Assembly (NCBI GenBank): GCA_043427975.1 | Contig: JBHWTK010000026.1 | Coordinates: 915 to 64,914 of the forward strand | Direction of reading: 5' to 3' | Length of the DNA stretch: 64,000 nt | From: Chloroflexia bacterium | Lineage (GTDB): Bacteria > Chloroflexota > Chloroflexia > Thermomicrobiales > UBA6265 | Part shown: one piece after another, positions 27,434 through 35,300 of the stretch | Layout: each line of letters opens with the position of its first letter | How positions within the stretch are numbered: position 1 is the first letter of the stretch | Program-made: the position numbers and the translations under genes | The notes under the pieces: generated by a model | Told to the model about the DNA's origin: nothing | Seen by the model: the letters and a program-made list of their open reading frames with translations, nothing else | Database searches by the model: none

Positions 27434-28561
27434 ATGTCCGAACGTATCATGCCCCAACCTGTACCCGTTAACCCCATCTCCCGTCGCAAGCGCCTCACCG
27501 GTTTTTACGATTTATCCGTTGAAGAACTCGGCGAGAAACTGAACGACCTCGGCGCGCCCGCGTTCCGGGCCAAGCAGCTCTACAACTGGGGATATGAGCA
27601 TTTCGTAACTGGCTACAACGAGATGAAGAATATCCCGGCCAGCCTGCAACACCAGCTTGAGGAAGCGCTTCCGTTCGCCACGATGAAGCTAGTGGACCAG
27701 AAGGTCACCGATAACGGCGATACTTACAAGCTGCTCTACGAGACCTTCGATGGCCAGGTGGTCGAGACGGTGCTGATGCTCTATCCCGACCGCGCCACCG
27801 TTTGTGTGAGTTGCCAGGTTGGATGCGCCGTGGGCTGCGCCTTCTGCGCTACCGGCCTCGGCGGACTCACCCGCAGCCTCAGCGCCGGCGAAATCGTGCA
27901 GCAAACCGTGGATGCCGCCCGCATATCGCGCACGCTCGGCCGCAACCTCACCAACCTGGTGATGATGGGCATGGGCGAGCCGCTGCAGAACTATGCCGAG
28001 ACAATGAAGTTCGTGAGGATCATCCACGATCCCCGCGGGCTTAACTTTGGCGCCCGCCGCATCACCATCAGCACCTCTGGCATCGTGCCACGTATCGATG
28101 CCTTGGCGGAGGAACCGCTGCAGGTGAACCTCGCTGTGAGCCTTCACGCGCCCAATAACGAGCTGCGCAGCCGCCTGGTACCGATCAACGGTCGCTGGCC
28201 CGTAGAGGTGCTGCTGGAGGCCTGCGACCGCTATATCCAGAAGACCGGGCGGCGCATCAGTTTCGAATACGCGCTGATGAACGGCATCAACAACAGCGAT
28301 GAGACTGCCCATGAGCTTGGCGCGCTGCTCCGTGGTCGCCTGTGCCACGTGAACATCATCCCGTTCAATCCGGTGGAAGTACTGGATTTCGAGCGGCCGA
28401 CGGTGGAGATGATCGACCGGTTCGCCGGCATTGTTGCCAGCCATGGCGTGCCGACCACCGTGCGCTACAGCCGCGGGGTCGAAATCGACGCTGCCTGCGG
28501 CCAGCTTCGTGCCCGGTACGAAGCGACTCGTGGCAAGGCCGGAGTTGCTCCGCTCGCCTGA
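27434..28561 (+). CDS. rlmN: 23S rRNA/tRNA adenine-C2 methyltransferase RlmN (radical SAM)
   Basis: Radical-SAM cluster CQVGCAVGCAFCATG, plus MGMGEPL and a C-terminal CGQL motif. ATG 27434 lies within the longer track ORF. Confidence 0.93.
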   Translation: MSERIMPQPVPVNPISRRKRLTGFYDLSVEELGEKLNDLGAPAFRAKQLYNWGYEHFVTGYNEMKNIPASLQHQLEEALPFATMKLVDQKVTDNGDTYKLLYETFDGQVVETVLMLYPDRATVCVSCQVGCAVGCAFCATGLGGLTRSLSAGEIVQQTVDAARISRTLGRNLTNLVMMGMGEPLQNYAETMKFVRIIHDPRGLNFGARRITISTSGIVPRIDALAEEPLQVNLAVSLHAPNNELRSRLVPINGRWPVEVLLEACDRYIQKTGRRISFEYALMNGINNSDETAHELGALLRGRLCHVNIIPFNPVEVLDFERPTVEMIDRFAGIVASHGVPTTVRYSRGVEIDAACGQLRARYEATRGKAGVAPLA

Positions 28562-28605
28562 GCGATGCCCTGTGACCAGGTGTGACCGTGTGCCTTGGGT
28601 TCTCG

Positions 28606-28893
28606 CTTAATCAATTCATTTGGTATGTGGATATAGTCGTTAATTGTAGTGTCTGTGGATAGTGTGGATAACCGGCAAACAGCCCGCAACCATACGGAAA
28701 TTTCGATGTGGATAATCCGCAGGACTATCCCGCCCTTCCACTGGCATGCGTATCGACAGGTGTGACAATCCCCGCGGGCAGCACCGGAAACCTTGATAGC
28801 TTTTCAGCACTTCTTCAGGGGATCTTCACATATACGCTGCTGTTATCCCCAAATGGACCTGGTTATCCACATTTCTGCACAGAGTTATCCACA
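28606..28893. other. Candidate oriC: DnaA-box cluster with AT-rich element
   Basis: Perfect boxes: TGTGGATAA at 28663-71 and 28707-15; TTATCCACA at 28863-71 and 28885-93. One-mismatch boxes at 28626-34, 28654-62 and 28843-51. AT-rich 28606-28652. The gap is non-coding. Confidence 0.75.
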
Positions 28894-28988
28894 GCCCGTA
28901 GGATGATGGTGACAAGCGGTCACCGAGCCGACAGTCATCTGTCAAAGGAACCGGCCCGGGACCGGCGAGCAGATGCGCCCTGCCAGGA

Positions 28989-30191
28989 ATGCCGGGTATA
29001 GGAAAGGGAGTAGTTTTGCGTATCGTTCACGCCGGGGCAATCCGGCCGGTTTCATCGTTTGCCGATGTACAGGCATGGGTGCGCGAATCACTGGCGCCAG
29101 TTAATGTAGCCATCGGCAACGAGGAATCGGTTGGCGTCAGCGTGCGATTGTCCCAGGCGGCACTGGCGGATCCGATGCTTACCGCAGCCAACCTCAAGGC
29201 GGTCCTGGGCGAGTACGGCCTCTACCTGGCGGGGATCAGCGGTGTCGGTATCAGTGGCGGCGCGAAAGAACAGATCCACCATCCCGACTGGCGCACCGAG
29301 GATCGACTCTCGTTCATGTTTGCCGCCACCAACCTGCTGGCAGATGGGGCCGATCCTGACGGCCCCGAATTAGGGATAACTACCAACGCGTTCAGCCACC
29401 GCAACTGGTTGGATGTCGATTTCCCCGGTAACTGGGCAGCGCTCACGTTGAACCTGATGCGGGTGGTGCAACACCTGGCCACGATCCGCGAGCGTACCGG
29501 TATCACCATGCATATCGATCTTGAGGCCGAGCCCGGCAGCGTGCTGCGGGATACGGACGATATCATCCGCTTCTGGAACACGTGGTTGCTCGGGCGGGGC
29601 TCGGCGATGCTGAGCGACCGCATGCAGGTTACCGACGGCACCGCCGCCGATGTAGTGCAGCGCCATGTGCGCCTCGCGCTGGATACTGCCCATGCCGCTG
29701 TTGTGCGGGACGATGCTGCCACCAGCCTGGACCGATTTGCGGACGCCGGCGTTGGCATTGGCCGGTTGCAGGTCTCATCGGCGCTGGAGATCGACATTCC
29801 GGCGGATGATACCGGTCGGGTTGATGTCCGCGCCCAGCTTGCCCGGCTCCAAAGCGATCGGCTGTTGCAGCAGGTGGTTGCCACCCGCGATGGTGTGATT
29901 ACGGCGCGCCATGAGGATCTGCCGGACGCGCTCGCGGCGATCGATGGTGCTGTCGGCGAGACATGGCGGATTCACACCCACGCACCGGTCCTTGCCGACC
30001 GGTATGGTGTGTGGCGGAGCACGCGGGACGATGCCGCAGCCTGGCTGCGCGAAACCGCCGTCCGCGGCATGGATGTCGGGATGGTCGAGTTGCGCTCGGC
30101 CAATTGGGACGTGGTCCCCGCCGATGATCGAGCCTCGGTGGAAGAGATGGTCGCCCGCGAGGCCGAGTGGGTGCGGGGACCCATCTCATAA
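28989..30191 (+). CDS. TIM-barrel protein resembling EboE / xylose-isomerase-like family
   Basis: Pattern ...GVSVRLSQAA...LKAVLGEYGLYL...AKEQIHHPDWRTEDRL...ITTNAFSHRNW resembles EboE. An alternative TTG start at 29016 has a strong GGAAAGGGAG RBS. Confidence 0.5.
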   Translation: MPGIGKGVVLRIVHAGAIRPVSSFADVQAWVRESLAPVNVAIGNEESVGVSVRLSQAALADPMLTAANLKAVLGEYGLYLAGISGVGISGGAKEQIHHPDWRTEDRLSFMFAATNLLADGADPDGPELGITTNAFSHRNWLDVDFPGNWAALTLNLMRVVQHLATIRERTGITMHIDLEAEPGSVLRDTDDIIRFWNTWLLGRGSAMLSDRMQVTDGTAADVVQRHVRLALDTAHAAVVRDDAATSLDRFADAGVGIGRLQVSSALEIDIPADDTGRVDVRAQLARLQSDRLLQQVVATRDGVITARHEDLPDALAAIDGAVGETWRIHTHAPVLADRYGVWRSTRDDAAAWLRETAVRGMDVGMVELRSANWDVVPADDRASVEEMVAREAEWVRGPIS

Positions 30192-30207
30192 ACATGGCGG
30201 GCCAATC

Positions 30208-30350
30208 GTAGGCTCGGGCTTCATGCCCGAGCTCGATCCCGAAGGGATCGCTTTGATGGCAGGCCGGATATGAAATCCAGGTGGGTCGGGCCGGACGCCG
30301 TTCGAGGCAATGGCTAGTGGATCAAGCCTGGGTATGAAACCCAGGCCTAC
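30208..30350. repeat. REPIN-like inverted doublet (GTAGGC-hairpin family)
   Basis: Left end GTAGGCTCGGGCTTCATGCCCGAGC. Right end GCCTGGGTATGAAACCCAGGCCTAC, the reverse complement of GTAGGCCTGGGTTTCATACCCAGGC. Bounded by GTAG...CTAC. Confidence 0.7.
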
Positions 30351-30362
30351 GTTGCCCACACA

Positions 30363-30392
30363 TTGACGTTGCCGCGCTGTCACCCCTATAAT
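30363..30392 (+). promoter_or_regulatory. Strong sigma-70-like promoter upstream of rpmH
   Basis: TTGACG (30363-68), 18-nt spacer, TATAAT (30387-92). Leaves a ~165-nt leader before the rpmH GTG. Confidence 0.55.
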
Positions 30393-30562
30393 CACCATTC
30401 GTATGCGCCGGGCCCTGATACCCGGTGTTGGGGCGTGTGTGCCAAAAATACGGCACCTTTCGATGACATGGATCCGCCCCGTTGCAGCGGCCGCCAGGCG
30501 GCCCACCCGAAACTGTGACCCTTTATGACGGGATGTCATTGATTTCTTAGAGGAGAGCTCTC

Positions 30563-30733
30563 GTGTCCACCAAGCGTACATACCAGCCAAAGCGCATCAA
30601 GCGCATCCGCAAGTTCGGCTTCCTCGCCCGCATGTCCACCAAGGGTGGCCGGAACGTGCTGGCGGCTCGTCGTCGCAAGGGCCGACACGCCCTGACGGTG
30701 GCCGAGGAGAACAAGTTCACCCAGAACCGCTAG
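30563..30733 (+). CDS. rpmH: 50S ribosomal protein L34
   Basis: GTG start after [55 protein letters not shown]... Only 56 aa, so below the ORF-track size cutoff. Confidence 0.93.
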   Translation: MSTKRTYQPKRIKRIRKFGFLARMSTKGGRNVLAARRRKGRHALTVAEENKFTQNR

Positions 30734-30789
30734 GCGGTTGCTGGGTGAATGCCGCGCCCTGTGCGTGCGGGTTCACCTTTTCGGATAAA

Positions 30790-30820
30790 CGCCGGGCCAG
30801 CTGCCCGGCGTTTGCTGTTT
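30790..30820 (+). terminator. Terminator/attenuator between rpmH and rnpA
   Basis: CGCCGGGC-CAGCT-GCCCGGCG followed by TTTGCTGTTT. Confidence 0.6.
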
Positions 30821-31280
30821 GTGGCAAGCGGAGCGGAATGTGGTAGATCGCCGGTATCGCCTCCGGGAAGAACACGATGTGAAACGAGTCCGGTCTCGTG
30901 GCCGGTCCGTGGCGCATGGTGCCCTGGTATTGCGATTTATGCCGAACAATACTGAGCCGCCGCAGAACCGCTACACCGTTATCGCGGGCAAGAAGTGCGG
31001 CAATGCTGTGCACCGGAACCGGTTGAAGCGCCTGGTACGTGAGGCATTGCGGGCATGGCACCCGATACTGCATCCGGGTCACGATGTGGCCATTGTCTGC
31101 CGCGGCGGTATTGAGGAAATGCCAGACCTTGCCACCGCGCAAACCACCTTGCAGCACATTTTGGAGCGCACGAACCTGGTGCAACAGGGCAGCACCCCGC
31201 CAACCATCGGCGCACCGGTTCGCACGAGCTGGAAGCAGAAACCGGCAGAAGCAACCGACGAGAATGAGGAAAACGGGTAA
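30819..31280 (+). CDS. rnpA: Ribonuclease P protein component
   Basis: [30 protein letters not shown]...[10 protein letters not shown] is the RnpA pattern. Start is TTG 30819 or GTG 30840. The stop overlaps the yidD ATG. Confidence 0.87.
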   Translation: MWQAERNVVDRRYRLREEHDVKRVRSRGRSVAHGALVLRFMPNNTEPPQNRYTVIAGKKCGNAVHRNRLKRLVREALRAWHPILHPGHDVAIVCRGGIEEMPDLATAQTTLQHILERTNLVQQGSTPPTIGAPVRTSWKQKPAEATDENEENG

Positions 31281-31489
31281 TGAAGCGGCCGGTGCTGGCG
31301 ATGATTCGCTTTTACAAGAAACGCATTTCCCCGGCGCTTCCGCCCTCGTGCCGCTACCAGCCAACGTGTTCGGAATACGCCTACGAGGCGGTTGAGAAGT
31401 ACGGTATCTTTAAGGGCGGTCGGCTGGCGGTGTGGCGCATCCTGCGCTGCAACCCGTTTGGCGGTACCGGATGGGATCCTGTTCCATAG
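31280..31489 (+). CDS. yidD: Membrane protein insertion efficiency factor YidD
   Basis: 69 aa. [32 protein letters not shown]...RILRCNPF is the canonical YidD sequence. Confidence 0.93.
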   Translation: MKRPVLAMIRFYKKRISPALPPSCRYQPTCSEYAYEAVEKYGIFKGGRLAVWRILRCNPFGGTGWDPVP

Positions 31490-31611
31490 GGTTCCTGTTC
31501 CGCAAATCATCCCCAACTGTCGCGGCCACCACTCGTTGGCCAAACGCAGGCGAGCGACATCGCTGCGCGAATCGTCCGTAAGGGTTGCAGTAGTACCGGC
31601 GCACCAGCGCC

Positions 31612-32715
31612 ATGTTTTCGCCGCACTGCGGCAGGAGGGCACGTTACGTGCTGGATATCACCTCGGGCGTGAACACGATTGTTCCCGGAATTATCATCTG
31701 GGATCAGTACGTCGATTTCCTCAAATGGTTCCTGAACCTGCTGGCCGATACCTTCCGCAATGGTGGTATCGCGATCATCGTTTTCACCATCATCATCAAG
31801 ACCCTCATGCTGCCGCTCACCATCAAGTCCATTCGCTCGTCCAAGGCGATGCAGGAGCTGGCGCCCAAGATCAAGGAACTGCAGAAAAAGCATGGCAAGG
31901 ATCGCCAGGCGGCCTCGGCGGCGCAGATGCAGCTTTACCAGCAGTACGGCGTCAACCCGATGGCCGGCTGTTTGCCGATGCTGATCCAGCTGCCGATCTT
32001 CTTTGGCGTGTACCGGGCCATCCTGCCGCTCAGCGAGAGCGGTGAAGGACACTGGGCCGATGGTTTCCTCTGGCTCTCCGACCTTGGCCAGCCAGACAAG
32101 TTCTTCATCATGCCGGTACTGGCCGGTCTCTTCCAGTTCGTGCAGGCGCGCATGATGCGGCCGGCGAACCAGAAGGTGACTGATCCGCAGCAGAAGATGA
32201 TGAACACCATGATGAACTTCATGCCGCTCACCGTCATCCTCTTCGGCGCCAACTTCGCCTCGGGCGCGGTGCTGTACTGGGTGGCGCAGGCGATCTACTC
32301 GGTGGTGCAGCAGTGGCTCATCACCGGCTGGGGCGCCATGGCCGAGTGGTTCCCGTGGCTGCCGGAAATGCCCGAGCATCGTCGGCTGGGCTACGTCGCC
32401 CCCAAGACCGCCGAGGAACTGGCCGTACAGAGTGGCCAGCCGGTAAAGAAGGGCCGCTTTGCCGAGTTCATGGAGAAGCAGGCCGAGCTTGCCCGCGAAA
32501 AGCAGGAGCAGGCCCAGCGCCAGCGTGAGGAAGCTGCCGCTGCCATGAAATCCACCAGCCCCCAGGCCGCAGCGAAACCCACCAGGCGTAGCGATTACCA
32601 GAGCCGTGTGGATGCCGCATCCCGCTATCGGAAGGACGCAACCGACGCCGTTGTGGTGCAGTCCGGGCCTGCCGGGCAGGGTACGCCCCGCCGCAAGCGG
32701 AAGAAAAAGGCGTAA
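31612..32715 (+). CDS. yidC: Membrane protein insertase YidC (short, monoderm type)
   Basis: GIAIIVFTIIIKTLMLPLTIKSIRSSKAMQELAPKIKELQKK...GVNPMAGCLPMLIQLPIFFGVY core, with a Lys/Arg-rich C-terminal tail. Confidence 0.92.
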   Translation: MFSPHCGRRARYVLDITSGVNTIVPGIIIWDQYVDFLKWFLNLLADTFRNGGIAIIVFTIIIKTLMLPLTIKSIRSSKAMQELAPKIKELQKKHGKDRQAASAAQMQLYQQYGVNPMAGCLPMLIQLPIFFGVYRAILPLSESGEGHWADGFLWLSDLGQPDKFFIMPVLAGLFQFVQARMMRPANQKVTDPQQKMMNTMMNFMPLTVILFGANFASGAVLYWVAQAIYSVVQQWLITGWGAMAEWFPWLPEMPEHRRLGYVAPKTAEELAVQSGQPVKKGRFAEFMEKQAELAREKQEQAQRQREEAAAAMKSTSPQAAAKPTRRSDYQSRVDAASRYRKDATDAVVVQSGPAGQGTPRRKRKKKA

Positions 32716-32753
32716 ACTATCCGCATCTATACAACCGTTAAGGTGGGGTAAAC

Positions 32754-33593
32754 ATGAGCAAACGAACCAGCGTTGAGATACAGGCTGTCTCGGTTGAGGA
32801 TGCTGTACGCCTCGCACTGGAACAACTGGAACTCACCGAAGCCGATGTGGATATCGAAATCCTCTCCGAGGAAGGCCCCGGTGAGGATGCCGAGGCCCTA
32901 GTGCGTGTGACCGCCAAGGGCATGGCCAGCCAGCCAATTCCATCCCAGAAACCCGCCGATGCCGGAGACCGGGGCAGCCGGAACCGGCGCCGGGGCCGGG
33001 GCGGCCGTGGCGAGAACGGGAATCGCGATTGGCTTGGTGGCCGCACACCGGGGGATCGTCCCAGCCGCCGTGGCAAGCCACCGGTACGCGAGGGCCAGCC
33101 GCGTGATCGCGCGGATGCCGCCCACGAGGCCATTGCCAAGGAAATCCTCACGGACCTGCTCGAGCGCATGGGCGTGGAAGCCGACGTTATGGCGGTTGAT
33201 AACCCCAGCAGCGTGCCGCTGAGCACCGAAGACCCGCCGACCATTTTCCTCGATATCATGGGGCGCGACCTGGGCATGCTCATCGGCCGCCGTGGCGATC
33301 ACCTGGGCCAGCTGCAGTTCCTTATGAATACGCTGGTGAATCGCAAGCTCGAGGAATGGACCCGGGTGATCGTGGATGTGGAGGGCTACCGTGCCCGTCG
33401 CGAGGAATCGCTGGTAGGCCTGGCCGAGCGGGTTGCCCGCCAGGTGGAGCGCAGCGGTCGTCCCATTGTGCTGGAGCCGATGCCGGCCAACGAACGCCGC
33501 ATTATCCACCTCACCCTCAAGCAGTACCCCGGTGTCGCTACCCACAGTGAAGGTGAAGGCAATACCCGCCGGATTACGGTGGAGCCGGTATGA
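32754..33593 (+). CDS. jag: Jag/KhpB RNA-binding protein (Jag_N, KH, R3H)
   Basis: Jag_N N-terminus (VEDAVRLALEQLELTEADVDIEIL), Arg/Gly-rich linker, KH (GMLIGRRGDHLGQLQFL) and R3H (MPANERRIIHLTLK). Conserved position after yidC. Confidence 0.9.
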   Translation: MSKRTSVEIQAVSVEDAVRLALEQLELTEADVDIEILSEEGPGEDAEALVRVTAKGMASQPIPSQKPADAGDRGSRNRRRGRGGRGENGNRDWLGGRTPGDRPSRRGKPPVREGQPRDRADAAHEAIAKEILTDLLERMGVEADVMAVDNPSSVPLSTEDPPTIFLDIMGRDLGMLIGRRGDHLGQLQFLMNTLVNRKLEEWTRVIVDVEGYRARREESLVGLAERVARQVERSGRPIVLEPMPANERRIIHLTLKQYPGVATHSEGEGNTRRITVEPV

Positions 33594-34594
33594 CGGATGC
33601 AGGCAAACCGGGCCGCAAGCACGGCACGCGCGCGCCATTCCGTGGCCAGCAACTCCGATCTCCATTGCAGGGCATGCGCACGCCCGATTACCTGATTGTC
33701 GGCCATATTACTGCCGATTTGCTGGACGATGGCAGCGTGACCTTGGGCGGTACCGCGCTTTATAGCGGGCTGGCCGCAGCACATCTTGGCGCGAATGTCG
33801 CCATCCTCACACGCGGTCGTTTTGGCGAGAAGATCGCCGGAATGGATGTGCCAGGACTTGGCGAATACGCCGACCGCCTGCAGGTGATCGTGCAGGATGC
33901 CGATGTGCCGACGACGTTCACCAATCATTACCTTGGCACCAGCCGCACCCAGCAGATCAAACACTGGGCGGGTCCGATCGACCTGCGTGGCCTGCCGCCG
34001 CACTGGGGCAACGCCAAGATCGTGCACCTCGGCCCGGTGGCCGATGAGCTGGATCCGCGCCGGATTTCCGGCTTTACCACCGGGTTCCTTGGCGTTACGC
34101 CGCAAGGCTGGATGCGCGAATGGCCAAAGGATCGCGGTGGCCGCGTGAATCTTGTGCCGCTCCGCCTGCCGGTGGACCTGGTGAACCGGATCGATTCTGC
34201 GATTGTTTCCGATGAAGAGATCTTCAATGCCCGCGAGTTTATCGAGCGGGTGGGCGAGCGGCGCATGAGCGTGGTGACGCGCGGCCCCGAGGGCGCGAGT
34301 ATCTATCACAGCCTCCCGCGTGATGTGCAGGTGCAGCCGGGCCGGAAGGCCTTCCGTACAGTGGAAATTCCCGGTGTGCCTGTCAAGGTGAAGAGCCTCA
34401 CTGGCGCGGGCGATGTGTTTGCTGCTGCCTTCTTCATGAAGGCCTCCGAGCGCAACAGCAGCGCGCTGGAGGCTGGCCGCTATGCCAACGCCGTGGCCGC
34501 GCTCAGCCTGCGTGAGTTGGGCGCCGGTGTAGTGCCCGACAAACGCGAGGTTGATGAACTGCTGGCCCAGCTGAGGGCCGCAGACCAGCGCTAA
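33590..34594 (+). CDS. PfkB-family carbohydrate/nucleoside kinase
   Basis: C-terminal GAGDVFAAAF motif and an N-terminal GG dipeptide region. ATGA overlap with jag; the start may instead be M29 (33674). Confidence 0.83.
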   Translation: MTDAGKPGRKHGTRAPFRGQQLRSPLQGMRTPDYLIVGHITADLLDDGSVTLGGTALYSGLAAAHLGANVAILTRGRFGEKIAGMDVPGLGEYADRLQVIVQDADVPTTFTNHYLGTSRTQQIKHWAGPIDLRGLPPHWGNAKIVHLGPVADELDPRRISGFTTGFLGVTPQGWMREWPKDRGGRVNLVPLRLPVDLVNRIDSAIVSDEEIFNAREFIERVGERRMSVVTRGPEGASIYHSLPRDVQVQPGRKAFRTVEIPGVPVKVKSLTGAGDVFAAAFFMKASERNSSALEAGRYANAVAALSLRELGAGVVPDKREVDELLAQLRAADQR

Positions 34595-35001
34595 CCTGGC
34601 AGGATCGCCGTCACCCGTATTTCTACCTTCATCGCTGGCTCTCCCAACGCTTCTACCCCCAGCAGGGTCCAGATGGGGGCGTGATGGGGCATATAGTGCC
34701 GGAACATGGCGGTCATGGTTGCGTTGACTTCCGCCTGATGGCCCTCAAGGCCCACGTGCCACGAGTTCACCTCAATCACGTGGTTCCAGTTGGCCCCGGC
34801 GGTCGCGAGGGTACGTCCCACGTTGGCGAATGCCAGCCGGATTTGCTCGTCCACCGTTTCCGGGAATTCCATTGCGTCATTCCACCCGCCCTGGCCGGAG
34901 ATATCGACACGATTGCCAACCCTGACCGCCTGGGAGTAATGGTGCCGTTCCAGTTGAACGTCGCCGTATCCCGGCGTCACGAAATACTCTGGCTCGCTCA
35001 T
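34591..35001 (-). CDS. RidA/YjgF family protein
   Basis: ATG 35001 (MSEPEYFVTPGY...) gives 136 aa. SQAVRVGNRVDISGQGGW and a C-terminal EIRVTA pattern. Confidence 0.85.
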   Translation of the reverse strand: MSEPEYFVTPGYGDVQLERHHYSQAVRVGNRVDISGQGGWNDAMEFPETVDEQIRLAFANVGRTLATAGANWNHVIEVNSWHVGLEGHQAEVNATMTAMFRHYMPHHAPIWTLLGVEALGEPAMKVEIRVTAILPG

Positions 35002-35082
35002 ATGTCCTCCTGTTTTCGACTTTCCGACAGGGACATTGTATCGAGCGGGCACAATGCCAGGCCCCTCCATCGAAAAGCGGGT

Positions 35083-35118
35083 ATGGAAAACGGCTGGCGC
35101 GTGCCAGCCGTTTTCCAT
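35083..35118. promoter_or_regulatory. Perfect 16-bp inverted repeat in a divergent promoter region
   Basis: ATGGAAAACGGCTGGC-GCGT-GCCAGCCGTTTTCCAT, between the ridA start (35001) and the STAND-LuxR gene. No flanking T-tract typical of a terminator. Confidence 0.4.
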
Positions 35119-35300
35119 CTCTCCTGCTCGAGGCGTCCGTTGTGTCTGGGGGCCACCGGGATAACGTCCTCTGGCATCAAGCAATATTGGGTTGGCCATT
35201 CGTTGCCATGGCCGCAGGCATCGGTGCCAGCACACCGGTGCCCGTCTGTTTGATACACGCGAGGTCTATCAACCTCTTTCAAACTATCCACCAGGCGGGT

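Noticed and set aside
34681-35253. Track ORFs on both strands encoding MENGW..PAVFH peptides across the ridA upstream region.
   Set aside because: This is a mirror-image artefact of the perfect 36-nt palindrome at 35083-35118. There is no RBS, and they overlap the real ridA gene.
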